In this document: one piece after another, positions 39,307-49,818 of the stretch
Layout: every line of letters begins with the position of its first letter
Numbering within the stretch: position 1 is the first letter of the stretch
Assembly: GCA_035762345.1 (NCBI GenBank)
Contig: DASTPE010000079.1
Coordinates: 408-64,407, forward strand
Origin: Burkholderiales bacterium
Lineage (GTDB): Bacteria > Pseudomonadota > Gammaproteobacteria > Burkholderiales > SG8-39
DNA length: 64,000 nucleotides
Direction: 5' to 3'
Made by a program: the position numbers and the translations under genes
The notes under the pieces: model-generated
Told to the model about the DNA's origin: nothing
The model's input: the letters and a program-made list of their open reading frames with translations, nothing else
Database searches by the model: none

Positions 39307-40731
39307 ATGCCCGTTGCACAAACGGTAGCGCGACACGACGTCGCGGACCCGCAGCTCGTCGCGCTCAGGCTGCCGCCGCATTCCGTCGAAGCGGAGCAGT
39401 CCCTGCTCGGCGCGCTGGTTCTCGACAATCAAGCATTCGACCGCGTCGCTGACCTCGTTTCCGCGGACGATTTTTACCGCGACGACCACCGCCGCATCTG
39501 GCGCCACATCGCGCGCCTGGTGGAGGCGAGCCGGCCCGCCGACGTAGTCACGGTGTCCGAGTCGATCGAAGCGAGCGAGGACAAGGACAAGACCGGCGGG
39601 GCGGCCTACCTCGCGGCGCTTGCGCAGAACACGCCGAGCGCGCTCAACATCCGGCGTTACGCCGAGCTCGTGCGCGAGCGCGCGGTGCAGCGGCGCCTCG
39701 CGCAGGTCGCCACCGAGATCGCCGAGACCGCGCTCGCCCCGACCGGCAAGGAGGTGGGGCAACTTCTCGACGAGGCGGAGTCGAGGATCTTCCAGATCGC
39801 GGAGTCGGGCGCGCGCAAGGACCAGGGCCTGATCGGCATCAGCCCGGTTCTTGCCAGGGTCTTCGAGCGCATCGACCACCTCCACAGCCAGGACAATCCC
39901 TCCGACGTCACCGGAGTTCCTTCCGGCTTCGTCGACCTCGACCGCAAGACCGCCGGATTGCAGCCGGGGGACCTGATCATCGTGGCCGGACGCCCGTCGA
40001 TGGGAAAAACCGCGCTTGCGCTCAATATTGCGGAGCACGTCGCCCTGCATCCCAGCGTCGGCCTGCCCGTGGCGATCTTCAGCATGGAAATGAGTGCGAC
40101 CCAGCTCGCCATGCGCATGCTTTCATCGATGGCCAGGGTCGATCAGACCAAGCTGCGCACGGGAAGGCTCGACAACGAGGAATGGGCCAACCTCACCGAC
40201 GCGATCGGCAAGCTGAACGAAGCGCGCATTCACGTGGACGAGACGGCGGCCCTCAACGCTTTGGAACTCCGCGCGCGGGCGCGGCGCATGAAGCGCGAAT
40301 ACGGCAAGCTCGGCCTGGTGGTCGTCGACTACCTGCAGCTCATGTCGGCCACCTCTCAGGGCGAGAACCGCGCGACCGAGATATCGGAGATCTCGCGCTC
40401 GCTCAAGGCACTCGCCAAGGAGCTCGATGTCCCGGTGATCGCGCTCTCGCAGCTCTCGCGCGCGGTCGAGCAGCGCAACGACCGCCGGCCGCTGATGTCC
40501 GACCTGCGTGAATCGGGCGCGATCGAGCAGGACGCCGACGTGATCCTTTTCATCTTTCGCGAAGAGGTCTATGCCCCGGAAAAAGAGGAAGCGAGGGGCA
40601 GAGCGGAAGTCATCATCGGAAAGCAGAGAAACGGGCCCATAGGTACTATTGCGCTTACGTTCATGGGGCAGTTCACTCGCTTCGCGAACGCCCTTGCCTT
40701 CGAGGGAGGCGGACAATGGCCGAACCGCTGA
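39307..40731 (+). CDS. dnaB: replicative DNA helicase DnaB
   Basis: PPHSVEAEQSLLGALVLDN, Walker A GRPSMGKT, and SLKALAKELDVPVIALSQLSR. Confidence 0.96.
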   Translation: MPVAQTVARHDVADPQLVALRLPPHSVEAEQSLLGALVLDNQAFDRVADLVSADDFYRDDHRRIWRHIARLVEASRPADVVTVSESIEASEDKDKTGGAAYLAALAQNTPSALNIRRYAELVRERAVQRRLAQVATEIAETALAPTGKEVGQLLDEAESRIFQIAESGARKDQGLIGISPVLARVFERIDHLHSQDNPSDVTGVPSGFVDLDRKTAGLQPGDLIIVAGRPSMGKTALALNIAEHVALHPSVGLPVAIFSMEMSATQLAMRMLSSMARVDQTKLRTGRLDNEEWANLTDAIGKLNEARIHVDETAALNALELRARARRMKREYGKLGLVVVDYLQLMSATSQGENRATEISEISRSLKALAKELDVPVIALSQLSRAVEQRNDRRPLMSDLRESGAIEQDADVILFIFREEVYAPEKEEARGRAEVIIGKQRNGPIGTIALTFMGQFTRFANALAFEGGGQWPNR

Positions 40732-40964
40732 TCGCGCAGAAATCCCCTTATGCCGTCGAGCTCGCCCCCGGAGACTACTGGTGGTGCCGCTGCGGGCAGT
40801 CGAAGCGCCAGCCGTTCTGCGACGGCTCGCACAAGACGACGGAGTTCACGCCGGTAAAGTTCACCATGTCCGAGGCGCAGAAGATCTGGCTGTGCGGCTG
40901 CAAGCGCAGCGGCAACAAGCCCTTCTGCGACGGGTCACACAAAAAGCTCGCTTCTACTTCTTAG
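40716..40964 (+). CDS. CDGSH iron-sulfur domain protein (two motifs)
   Basis: CRCGQSKRQPFCDGSH and CGCKRSGNKPFCDGSH. Confidence 0.85.
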   Translation: MAEPLIAQKSPYAVELAPGDYWWCRCGQSKRQPFCDGSHKTTEFTPVKFTMSEAQKIWLCGCKRSGNKPFCDGSHKKLASTS

Positions 40965-41787
40965 CTGCGGTCCACTTCCCCTCCGCGCCTTTCTCGTCGC
41001 GGAAGCTGCCCTCCATCTTGGCGCCGCTGACGCGGCCGGTGAAGTCGCGGCGCACGCGGTTCTGATCGACGTAGGCAAAGCTGATCGCCGTGCCGCGCAG
41101 CTTGACATCGCGCAGCCCGGCGTGGATCGGGCCGAAAGCGAGGGTGCCGCTCACCTTCTGGAAGGTCTGCTCGAGCGTCATCTCGTGTTGCTGGCCGCCT
41201 GCGTCCAGGTTCCAGTTTCCCATGACGTTGGCGGGCACGATCCAGAAGTAGGCGCGCCGTCCGTCGAGGGTGGAGATCTCGTCGGCTTCCCAGTCCTCCA
41301 TGCTGAACGAGTGCGACACGACGCGCGTGCCCGGCCGCATCGACAGGAGCTGCGGCCTGAGCTTCATGTTGAGGGCGGGCAGGAGGTACAGCGTGATCAC
41401 CGTGGCCTGGGTGAAGTCGGTGGCGAAGATGTCGCCGTGCCGGATCTGCGCCTTGCCCGCGCCGGTTCCCGCGACGCCCGCTTTCTGCGCGTTCTCGTTC
41501 GCATGCTTCACCATCTCGGGGTTGTACTCGATGCCCACGGCGCGGGCGCCGAACTTCTTCGCCGCCATGATCGCGATCTTGCCGTCGCCCGCGCCCAGGT
41601 CCCACACATAATCGTTGGGCGTGACCTGCGCCATCACCAGCATGCGCTCGACCACGTCGTCGGGCGTCGGCACCCAGATGACGTCCTTGCCGGACTGGCC
41701 GACCTGCGGCGTGTACTGCGCTGCGGCGAGCGCCGCAAACGTTGAGAGGAAGAGAGCGATCGGGAGGCGGGCAAGAGCGGTCATCAC
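40954..41787 (-). CDS. class I SAM-dependent methyltransferase with N-terminal signal/anchor and C-terminal beta-rich domain
   Basis: MMTALARLPIALFLSTFAALAAAQ leader, and motif I VWDLGAGDGKIAI. Confidence 0.78.
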   Translation of the reverse strand: MMTALARLPIALFLSTFAALAAAQYTPQVGQSGKDVIWVPTPDDVVERMLVMAQVTPNDYVWDLGAGDGKIAIMAAKKFGARAVGIEYNPEMVKHANENAQKAGVAGTGAGKAQIRHGDIFATDFTQATVITLYLLPALNMKLRPQLLSMRPGTRVVSHSFSMEDWEADEISTLDGRRAYFWIVPANVMGNWNLDAGGQQHEMTLEQTFQKVSGTLAFGPIHAGLRDVKLRGTAISFAYVDQNRVRRDFTGRVSGAKMEGSFRDEKGAEGKWTAAKK

Positions 41788-41872
41788 GGTTTCCGGAGGA
41801 AGAAAGGCTGCGAAATGTAGCAGAAAGGGGTCCCGCCTTGGCGAAACACCTTCCTGCTCGGATTATTCCTTG

Positions 41873-43339
41873 CTAGAGCACGTCGGCGGCGTGGTCGGCG
41901 AGTCGCGAGCGCTCGCCGCGGGCGAGCGTGACGTGCCCGGCGTGCCCCCAGTCCTTCATGCGGTCGACGACGTAGGTGAGGCCCGACGATCCTTCAGTAA
42001 GGTAAGGCGTGTCGATCTGCGCGATGTTGCCCAGGCACACCACCTTGGTGCCCGGGCCCGCGCGCGTGACCAGGGTCTTCATCTGCTTGGGCGTCAGGTT
42101 CTGCGCCTCGTCGATGATGAGCCACTTGTTGACGAAAGTGCGGCCGCGCATGAAGTTGAGTGACTTGATCCTGATGCGCGAGCGCACGAGGTCGCGCGTC
42201 GCGGCGCGGCCCCACTCGCCGCCCGACTCGTCCGAGGCGTTGAGCACGTCGAGATTGTCCTCGAGCGCGCCCATCCAGGGCTGCATCTTCTCCTCCTCGG
42301 TGCCCGGCAGGAAGCCGATGTCCTCGCCGAGCGGAACCGTCACCCGAGTCATGATGATCTCCGAGTAGCGCTTCTCGTCGAGCACCTGGGTGAGCCCGGC
42401 GGCGAGCGCGAGCAGCGTCTTGCCGGTCCCTGCCTGGCCGAGGATCGTGACGAAGTCGACCGCCGGATTCATGAGCAGATTGAGCGCGAAGTTCTGCTCG
42501 CGGTTGCGCGCGGTAACGCCCCACACCGAGTTCTTGGCGTGAGTGTAGTCGCGCAGCGTCTCGAGCACTGCGACGCGGCCGAAGGCTTCCTTCACCAGGG
42601 CGTGGAGCGGCCGCTCGCCCGACTCGTCGTACACGAATTCGTTCACGTGGAGCTTTGGCACCAGCGGCCCGCGCACGCGGTAGTAAGTATGACCTTCCTT
42701 CTTCCACGACTCCATGTCCTTGCCGTGCGTGTTCCAGAAGTCGCGCGGCAGCGCGCGCACGCCGGTGTAGAGCAGGTCGGCGTCCTCGAGCACCTTGTCG
42801 TTGGTGTAATCCTCGGCGGCGAGCCCGAGCGCGCGCGCCTTGATGCGCATGTTGATGTCCTTCGACACCAGCACCACCTCGCGCTCGGGGTGCTTTTGCT
42901 GCAACGCGCGCACTACGGCGAGGATCTGGTTGTCGGTGCGGCCCGAGGCGAGCGTTGCCGGCAGCTCGCCGTTGATGGCTTCGGTCTGCAGAAAAAGCCG
43001 CCCCTTCGACTGCTGAGCGTCCCTGATCTTGAGCGCGAGGCCTTTCTTGATCGAGTCGACATCCGCGCTCACGATCTCGTCGAGGAATCGGCTCGCTTGG
43101 CGAGCGTTACGCGAGACGTCCGAAAGCCCGCGCTTGTGCTGGTCGAGCTCTTCCAGGGTCGCGATCGGCAGGTAGAGGTCGTGCTCGTCGAAGCGGAAGA
43201 GACTCGTCGGATCGTGCATCAGCACGTTCGTATCGATGACGAAGAGCTTCTTCGGCTTGGCTTGCTTGCGGGACGACTTCACGGCGAGGACGGACTCACT
43301 CTCTACTGCGGGCGGCTCGACATCATAATGCTTTAACAA
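41873..43339 (-). CDS. PIN-PhoH (PhoH2/YlaK-like) ATPase
   Basis: N-terminal PIN (FVIDTNVLMHDP), Walker A GQAGTGKT, and the PhoH C-terminal block. Confidence 0.9.
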   Translation of the reverse strand: MLKHYDVEPPAVESESVLAVKSSRKQAKPKKLFVIDTNVLMHDPTSLFRFDEHDLYLPIATLEELDQHKRGLSDVSRNARQASRFLDEIVSADVDSIKKGLALKIRDAQQSKGRLFLQTEAINGELPATLASGRTDNQILAVVRALQQKHPEREVVLVSKDINMRIKARALGLAAEDYTNDKVLEDADLLYTGVRALPRDFWNTHGKDMESWKKEGHTYYRVRGPLVPKLHVNEFVYDESGERPLHALVKEAFGRVAVLETLRDYTHAKNSVWGVTARNREQNFALNLLMNPAVDFVTILGQAGTGKTLLALAAGLTQVLDEKRYSEIIMTRVTVPLGEDIGFLPGTEEEKMQPWMGALEDNLDVLNASDESGGEWGRAATRDLVRSRIRIKSLNFMRGRTFVNKWLIIDEAQNLTPKQMKTLVTRAGPGTKVVCLGNIAQIDTPYLTEGSSGLTYVVDRMKDWGHAGHVTLARGERSRLADHAADVL

Positions 43340-43778
43340 AGTTCAATACCTCCTGGACGTGGCCCGGCACTTTCACCCCGCGCCATTCGCGCACCACCCT
43401 TCGTTTTTCGTCAAGCAGGAAGGTGCTGCGCTCGATGCCGCGGACCTTTCTTCCGTACATGTTCTTCATCTTGATCACGCCGAACAGCTTGCACGCGGTC
43501 TCCTCCGCGTCCGAGAGCAGCTCGAACGGAAACTTCATCTTCGCCTTGAATCCCTCGTGCGACTTGAGCGAGTCGCGGGAGATACCGAACACTTCGGCGC
43601 CCGCGTTCGTGAATTGCCGGTGCAGATCCCTGAAGTCGGCGCCCTCGGTGGTGCAGCCCGGCGTATCGTCCTTCGGATAGAAATAGAGGAGCAGCTTGCT
43701 GCCACGAGCGCTCGAGAGCCTGAAGATGCCGCCGCCGGTGCTGGGAAGGCTGAAGTCCGGAACCGGCTTGCCGAGCAT
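43323..43778 (-). CDS. bcp: thiol peroxidase Bcp (peroxiredoxin)
   Basis: LLYFYPKDDTPGCTTE peroxidatic Cys motif. 151 aa. Confidence 0.92.
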   Translation of the reverse strand: MLGKPVPDFSLPSTGGGIFRLSSARGSKLLLYFYPKDDTPGCTTEGADFRDLHRQFTNAGAEVFGISRDSLKSHEGFKAKMKFPFELLSDAEETACKLFGVIKMKNMYGRKVRGIERSTFLLDEKRRVVREWRGVKVPGHVQEVLNFVKAL

Positions 43779-43889
43779 TTCCAGAGTTTCTTATGCCTCT
43801 TCCGAGCAATGCGCTGTAACGCATTCATTGAACACAACTAATGTTTCCAATGCAAGCGCGCGCTGCGGGGTCCTGATTGGTAAGGCTTT

Positions 43890-44756
43890 TTAGCCGCGCA
43901 GGAACCGGCGTAGCTCTGCAAGAAGCTCCTTCGGCTTCTCCTCGGGGATGAAATGCCCGCACTGCAACGCGCGGCCGCGCACATCGCGCGCCACTTCGCC
44001 CCAGTCGGCGAGGCAGTCGAAAAGCGCCTCGATCACACCCTGCCGGCCCCAGAGCGCGAGGACCGGGATCTTGAGCTTCCTGTGCAAGTCCTTCCTGTCG
44101 TGCACGAGGTCGATGGTGGCGGCCGCGCGGTAGTCCTCGCAAGTGGAATGTGCATCAAAGCAGCGTGCGTACTCGGCGAGCGCGCGCCGGTCGAACACCC
44201 TGAGCCCGGTCTTTCCCCTGCCGAGGCGCTTCAAGATGTAGGCCGGGCCCATGCCCTTCAGCATCTGCTCGGGCAGCGGCGCCTCCTGGATCAGGAAAAA
44301 CCAGTGATAGTAGGCCTTGGCGAACTGCAGGGTGGTGCTTTCGTACATCTTGAGCGTGGGCGAGATGTCGAGCACGGTGAGCGTCTGCACGCGCCGGCCG
44401 TGGTCGCGCGCCATGCGGTGTGCGACGCGGCCGCCGCGGTCGTGGCCGACGACGTGGAACTTGATGAAGCCGAGCGCTTCCATCGCCTCGACCATGTCGA
44501 GCGCCATCGCGCGCTTCGAGTAATTCGCGTGGCCCGGAACGTCGCGCGGCTTCGACGAGTCGCCGTAGCCGCGCAGGTCCGCGCACACCACGGTGTAGTC
44601 GTGCGCGAGCGCCGGCGCGACCTTGTGCCAGATGACGTGCGTTTGCGGGTAACCGTGGAGCAGCAGCACCGGCGGGCCCTCGCCGCCCGCGACGAGGTTG
44701 ATGGTCGCTCCGCTCGCTCGGATTCTTTTCCTAATGAAGCCCGGAAAAAGGCTCAT
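43890..44756 (-). CDS. alpha/beta hydrolase, haloacetate dehalogenase/epoxide hydrolase-like
   Basis: Trimmed to MSLFPGFIRKRIR. HGYPQT oxyanion region, Asp nucleophile elbow VVGHDRGG, and a C-terminal GHFIPEE. Confidence 0.85.
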   Translation of the reverse strand: MSLFPGFIRKRIRASGATINLVAGGEGPPVLLLHGYPQTHVIWHKVAPALAHDYTVVCADLRGYGDSSKPRDVPGHANYSKRAMALDMVEAMEALGFIKFHVVGHDRGGRVAHRMARDHGRRVQTLTVLDISPTLKMYESTTLQFAKAYYHWFFLIQEAPLPEQMLKGMGPAYILKRLGRGKTGLRVFDRRALAEYARCFDAHSTCEDYRAAATIDLVHDRKDLHRKLKIPVLALWGRQGVIEALFDCLADWGEVARDVRGRALQCGHFIPEEKPKELLAELRRFLRG

Positions 44757-45121
44757 TCGAATAAGAGCGCGGCTGCGACCCTGCGTTCCTCGGCGACGAG
44801 GATGTTGTAAGTGCGGCACGCAGCCTGCAGGTCCATCACCTCGAGTCCAATCCCCGCCTGCGCGAGCGGCGCGGTGAGCCGCGGATGCGGAAAGCGCTGG
44901 CGCGGGCCGGTGCCGAGCAGCACGATTTCGACGCCGAGCTCCTTCAGGAACCGGAAATCCTCCCCGGTGAGCGCCTCGAAGCGCTCGACGGACCAATCCT
45001 CGACACGATCGGCGAGTACCACCAGACTCGAGGCGCGCCGCTCGCCGTTCACCATCACGTAGCCTTCGCCGTATCCCGTAATGGTGTTGACGCCGCTCGG
45101 ACGGGACGCCTGGAGTTTCAC
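44753..45121 (-). CDS. Mth938-like (DUF498) domain protein
   Basis: 122 aa with ITGYGEGYVMVNGERR...VLLGTG...GIGLEVMDLQAACRTYNIL. Confidence 0.7.
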   Translation of the reverse strand: MKLQASRPSGVNTITGYGEGYVMVNGERRASSLVVLADRVEDWSVERFEALTGEDFRFLKELGVEIVLLGTGPRQRFPHPRLTAPLAQAGIGLEVMDLQAACRTYNILVAEERRVAAALLFE

Positions 45122-45135
45122 GCTAGAATTCTACA

Positions 45136-46332
45136 ATGCGTGAGTTTTCAAGGATTAAGCGGCTGCCGCCGTACGTCTTCAACATCACCAACGAGCTCAA
45201 GATGGCGGCGCGGCGGCGCGGCGACGACGTCATCGATCTGTCGATGGGGAACCCCGACGGCCCGACGCCGAAGCACATCGTCGAGAAGCTGGTCGAGGCG
45301 TCGCAACGAATCGATACGCACGGCTACTCGGTCTCGCGCGGCATCCCGAGGCTGAGAAAAGCCATCGCAGACTGGTATCGGCGCCGCTACGCGGTCGAGC
45401 TCGATCCCGACGCCGAGGCGATCGTCACCATCGGCTCGAAGGAAGGTCTCGCGCATCTCCTGCTCGCGTGCCTGGAGCGCGGCGATACCGTGCTCGTGCC
45501 GAACCCGTCGTACCCGATCCACATCTACGGGGCGATCATCGCCGGCGCCGACATCCGCTCGGTCCGCTTGACGCCCGGCGTGGATTTCTTCGCCGAGCTC
45601 GAGCGCGCGATCCGCGAGCTCACGCCGAAGCCCAAGATGCTGGTCATCGGCTTCCCGTCGAATCCGACCGCGCAATGTGTCGATCTGAATTTCTTCGAAA
45701 AGATCATCGCTCTTGCGAGGCAGCACGACATCCTCGTCGTGCACGACCTGGCGTATGCCGACATTGTGTTCGACGGATACAAAGCGCCTTCCATCATGCA
45801 AGTGCCGGGAGCGCGGGACGTGGCGGTCGAGTTCTTCACCATGTCGAAGAGCTACAACATGGCCGGCTGGCGCATCGGCTTCATGGTCGGCAACCGCGAC
45901 CTCGTGAGCGCGCTCGCGCGCATCAAGAGCTACCACGACTACGGCAGCTTTACGCCGATCCAGGTGGCGTCGATCGTCGCGCTCGAAGGGCCCCAGGAGT
46001 GCGTCGAGGAAATTAGAAGCGGCTATGAAAAGAGACGCAATGTCATGGTGAAGGGCCTGCACGACATCGGCTGGAGGGTCGAGGTGCCGAAGGCCTCGAT
46101 GTACCTCTGGGCCAAGATCCCCGAGCCCTACGCCGGCCTCGGCTCGATCGAGTTCACCAAGCGCCTGCTCGAAGGCGCGCGCATCGCAGTCGCGCCCGGC
46201 GTCGGCTTTGGCGACTACGGCGACGACCATGTGCGCATCGCGCTGATCGAAAACGAGCACCGCCTGCGCCAGGCGGTGCGCGGCATCCGCGATATGTTCA
46301 GAAAGGACGGACTGCTCAGAGGGGCGGCATGA
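45136..46332 (+). CDS. class I/II PLP-dependent aminotransferase (alanine transaminase-like)
   Basis: [18 protein letters not shown], and the [13 protein letters not shown]-lysine block. Conserved neighbour of hom-thrC. Confidence 0.9.
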   Translation: MREFSRIKRLPPYVFNITNELKMAARRRGDDVIDLSMGNPDGPTPKHIVEKLVEASQRIDTHGYSVSRGIPRLRKAIADWYRRRYAVELDPDAEAIVTIGSKEGLAHLLLACLERGDTVLVPNPSYPIHIYGAIIAGADIRSVRLTPGVDFFAELERAIRELTPKPKMLVIGFPSNPTAQCVDLNFFEKIIALARQHDILVVHDLAYADIVFDGYKAPSIMQVPGARDVAVEFFTMSKSYNMAGWRIGFMVGNRDLVSALARIKSYHDYGSFTPIQVASIVALEGPQECVEEIRSGYEKRRNVMVKGLHDIGWRVEVPKASMYLWAKIPEPYAGLGSIEFTKRLLEGARIAVAPGVGFGDYGDDHVRIALIENEHRLRQAVRGIRDMFRKDGLLRGAA

Positions 46333-46357
46333 TGCCGCCGCAAAAAGCAGGCGCGGC

Positions 46358-46957
46358 GTGATCTACCCCAAGCCCGCTACGCTCGAGGGCCACGGGGTTC
46401 GCCTCGAGCCGCTTACCCCCGAGCACGAGAAGGCCCTGATGGAGGCCGCGAAAGATGGCCGGCTGTGGGAGCTTTTCTTCACCAGCGTGCCTGAGACCGA
46501 GAATACGAAGCGCTACATTGAAGACGCGCTCAAGGGGCAGGAGCGCAGCGACATGCTGCCCTGGGCGGTGCGCGAGCTGACGAGCGGCGCAATCGTAGGC
46601 TCGACGCGCTACCACGACATCATCCCGGCGGCCGACCGGGTCGAAATCGGCTGGACCTGGTACGCGCAGCGCGTACAGCGCACGCACGTGAACACCGCAT
46701 GCAAGCTGCTCCTCTTCGGCTACGCGTTCGAGTCGCTAAAGTGCAAGGTGGTGGGACTTCGCACCGACAACTTCAACTTCCGCTCGCAGCGCGCGATCGA
46801 GGCGCTCGGCGCGAAGAAGGACGGCGTCATCCGGCACCACTGGCCGCGCCGCGATGGCACGGTTCGGGACAGCGTCATGTACAGCGTGCTCGTGCACGAG
46901 TGGCCGGAGGTGAAGCGGCATCTCGAATTGCGGCTGAAGAGAAATGAAACCCATTAA
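46358..46957 (+). CDS. GNAT-family N-acetyltransferase (RimJ/RimL-like)
   Basis: LEGHGVRLEPLTPEHEKAL...RVEIGWTWYAQRVQRTHVNTACKLLLFGYAFE...NFRSQRAIEALGA. Confidence 0.8.
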   Translation: MIYPKPATLEGHGVRLEPLTPEHEKALMEAAKDGRLWELFFTSVPETENTKRYIEDALKGQERSDMLPWAVRELTSGAIVGSTRYHDIIPAADRVEIGWTWYAQRVQRTHVNTACKLLLFGYAFESLKCKVVGLRTDNFNFRSQRAIEALGAKKDGVIRHHWPRRDGTVRDSVMYSVLVHEWPEVKRHLELRLKRNETH

Positions 46958-48254
46958 GGTAGGCCTGCTCGGCATCGGCACGGTCGGCGGTGGCACCTGG
47001 GACGTGCTGAATCGCAACGCCGACGAGATCCAGCGGCGCGCCGGGCGCGCGATCCGCATCGCGGTGGTCGCAGACAAAGATCTCGAACGGGCACAAAAGA
47101 TCGTTGGGCAAAAGGCCAAGATTGTCAGCGACGCCTTCGGCGTCGTGCGCGGCGACGAGGTCGAGATCGTGGTCGAACTGATCGGTGGCTATACCGTGGC
47201 ACGAGACCTCGTGCTCGAGGCGATCGCCCACGGCAAGCACGTGGTCACCGCGAACAAGGCGCTGCTCGCCACGCACGGCAACGATATTTTTGCCGCCGCG
47301 CAGAAGAAAGGCGTCATGGTGGCATTCGAGGCGGCAGTAGCGGGAGGAGTGCCGATCATCAAGGCGCTGCGCGAGGGACTGTCGGCGAACCGCATCGAGT
47401 GGATCGCCGGCATCATCAACGGCACGTCGAACTTCATCCTCTCGGAGATGCGCGACAAGGGGATCGCGTTCGCCGACGCGCTGAGGGACGCTCAGCGTCG
47501 CGGCTACGCCGAGGCCGACCCCACCTTCGACATCGAGGGCGTCGACGCCGCGCACAAGCTGACGATCCTCTCGGCGCTCGCTTTCGGCATCCCGATGCAG
47601 CTCGACAATTGCTTCCGCGAGGGCATCCAGAAGCTGACGAGGGCCGACATCGGCTATGCCGAAGAGCTCGGCTACCGCATCAAGCTGCTCGGCATCACGA
47701 AGCGAGCCGCCAAGGGAATCGAGCTTCGCGTGCATCCCACGCTGGTGCCGGCGCGGCGGCTGATCGCCAACGTCGAGGGCGTGATGAACGCGATCCTCGT
47801 CAAGGGCGACGCCGTCGGGCCGACCCTCTACTACGGCGCGGGCGCCGGCGCGCAGCCGACCGCGAGCGCGGTGGTCGCCGACCTGGTCGACGTGACGCGC
47901 CTCATTACCGCCGACCCCGAGCAGCGCGTACCTCACCTCGCGTTCCAGCCCGACCAGCTCTCGGACGAGAGAGTTCTGTCCATCGATGAAATTGAAACCT
48001 CGTACTACCTGCGCATGCGCGTGCAGGACAAGCCCGGCGTGCTCGCCGACATCACGCGCATCCTCGCCGACTCGAGCATCTCGATCGAGGCCATGGTGCA
48101 GAAGGAGCCGGGCGAGGGCGAGCGCCAGGTCGATATCGTGCTCCTCACCAACCGCGCGCTCGAGGCGGACGTGAACCGCGCGATCGGCGCGGTCGAGCGG
48201 CTACCGACCGTGCTGGGCCCTGTCACCCGAATCCGGCTGGAGCAGCTGCTATGA
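46944..48254 (+). CDS. hom: homoserine dehydrogenase
   Basis: GLLGIGTVGGG NAD site, catalytic domain and a C-terminal ACT domain. Confidence 0.95.
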   Translation: MKPIKVGLLGIGTVGGGTWDVLNRNADEIQRRAGRAIRIAVVADKDLERAQKIVGQKAKIVSDAFGVVRGDEVEIVVELIGGYTVARDLVLEAIAHGKHVVTANKALLATHGNDIFAAAQKKGVMVAFEAAVAGGVPIIKALREGLSANRIEWIAGIINGTSNFILSEMRDKGIAFADALRDAQRRGYAEADPTFDIEGVDAAHKLTILSALAFGIPMQLDNCFREGIQKLTRADIGYAEELGYRIKLLGITKRAAKGIELRVHPTLVPARRLIANVEGVMNAILVKGDAVGPTLYYGAGAGAQPTASAVVADLVDVTRLITADPEQRVPHLAFQPDQLSDERVLSIDEIETSYYLRMRVQDKPGVLADITRILADSSISIEAMVQKEPGEGERQVDIVLLTNRALEADVNRAIGAVERLPTVLGPVTRIRLEQLL

Positions 48255-48445
48255 GAGCGCTTTTCTGCGTGCTCGCGCTTGTCCTCAGCGTGCCGGCTTT
48301 CGCCCAGGAAGAAAAACCGCCCGCAAAAAAGCCGGTCGCCAAGAAGCAGCAGCCTGCCGCCCTCAAGCCGAAAGCGCACAGCAAGCCGACGCCTGAGCAG
48401 GTCCGCAGGTTTAGCGAGCTCGAGAAGCAGCACAAGACGCAATAG
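48251..48445 (+). CDS. small secreted Lys/Pro-rich protein (64 aa)
   Basis: Signal peptide MRALFCVLALVLSVPAFAQ, then a low-complexity KP-rich region. ATGA overlap with hom. Confidence 0.5.
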   Translation: MRALFCVLALVLSVPAFAQEEKPPAKKPVAKKQQPAALKPKAHSKPTPEQVRRFSELEKQHKTQ

Positions 48446-48450
48446 GCCGC

Positions 48451-49818
48451 TTGCGCTACATCAGCACCCGCGGCGCCGCGCCGCCGAAGCGCTTTACCGA
48501 GATCCTGCTCGAGGGGCTTGCGCCGGACGGCGGGCTCTACGTCCCCGAGACCTGGCCGAAAGCCGATCTCGCCGCCTGGAGGGGCCTTGGCTACGCCGAG
48601 CTCGCGTTCCAGGTGCTGTCGCGCTTCATCGACGACCTCCCGGAGCTCGAAGCCCTGGTGCGGCGCGCCTACAGTCCGCGCCGCTTTGGCGGCGAGGAGG
48701 TGACGCCGGTGAAGACGCTCGAGCCGGGGCTGCACCTGCTTGCCCTGTCGAACGGGCCGACGCTCGCGTTCAAGGACATCGCTTTGCAGCTCCTGGGCGA
48801 GCTTTTCGAATGGGTTCTGACGAAGCACAACCAATCGCTGAATATTCTGGGGGCTACGTCCGGCGATACCGGTTCGGCGGCGGAGTATGCGATGCGCGGC
48901 AAGCGCGGCATCCGCGTGTTCATGCTGTCGCCGCACAAGCGCATGACGCCGTTCCAGGCGGCGCAGATGTACTCGCTGCAGGACGCGAATATTCACAACC
49001 TCGCGGTCAAGGGCGCGTTCGACGACTGCCAGGACGTGGTGAAGAAGGTGAATGCCGACGCCGCGTTCAAGGCGCGGCATCGCATCGGAGCCGTGAACTC
49101 CATCAACTGGGCGCGCGTGGCGGCGCAGGTGGTTTACTACTTCAAGGCGTACTTTGCGCTGACCCGCAGCGACAGGGAGCAGGTGTCGTTTGCCGTTCCG
49201 TCGGGGAACTTCGGCAACATCTACGCCGGCTACGTCGCGCGGCAGATGGGGCTGCCGATCCGCAGGCTAGTGCTTGCGACCAACGAGAACGATGTCCTGG
49301 ACGAGTTCTTCCGCACCGGGAAGTACCGGGTGAAGCGAAAGGTGATTGCGACGACCAGCCCCTCCATGGACATCTCGAAAGCCTCGAATTTCGAGCGCTA
49401 CGTTTTCGACGTGGTTGGCCGCGACCCGACGCGCGTAAGGGAGCTGTGGCAGCGGCTCGACGCCGAAGGCGAGTTCGACTTGGCACGCGTGCCGCAATCG
49501 GTTTTCGTGTCCGGGAAGAGCACCCATGCGGATCGGCTCGCCACCATCAGAATGGTTTTCTCGAAATACGGGGTGATGATCGATCCCCATACCGCCGACG
49601 GCGTGAAGGTCGGCCTGGAGCACCGGGAGCCCACGGTGCCCCTTGTGTGCCTCGAGACGGCGGCGCCTGCCAAATTCGCGCGCGTTCTGCGCGAGGCGCT
49701 CGGCCGGGAGCCCGAGCGTCCAGCCGAGCTGCGCGACCTCGAACGCCTGCCGCAGCGCGTAACGGTGATAGAGCCCGCCGCCGCCGCGGTCAAGCGCTAT
49801 ATTGCCTCGCACACATGA
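48451..49818 (+). CDS. thrC: threonine synthase
   Basis: MRYISTRG...GLAPDGGLYVP..., and the PLP-lysine block GPTLAFKD. Confidence 0.95.
   Translation: MRYISTRGAAPPKRFTEILLEGLAPDGGLYVPETWPKADLAAWRGLGYAELAFQVLSRFIDDLPELEALVRRAYSPRRFGGEEVTPVKTLEPGLHLLALSNGPTLAFKDIALQLLGELFEWVLTKHNQSLNILGATSGDTGSAAEYAMRGKRGIRVFMLSPHKRMTPFQAAQMYSLQDANIHNLAVKGAFDDCQDVVKKVNADAAFKARHRIGAVNSINWARVAAQVVYYFKAYFALTRSDREQVSFAVPSGNFGNIYAGYVARQMGLPIRRLVLATNENDVLDEFFRTGKYRVKRKVIATTSPSMDISKASNFERYVFDVVGRDPTRVRELWQRLDAEGEFDLARVPQSVFVSGKSTHADRLATIRMVFSKYGVMIDPHTADGVKVGLEHREPTVPLVCLETAAPAKFARVLREALGREPERPAELRDLERLPQRVTVIEPAAAAVKRYIASHT

Noticed and set aside
40954-41787. A SAM-dependent methyltransferase with an apparent export signal, considered as an oddity because SAM is cytoplasmic.
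   Set aside because: The hydrophobic N-terminus may simply be a membrane anchor with the catalytic domain facing the cytoplasm. Such proteins are common, so this is not enough for a finding.
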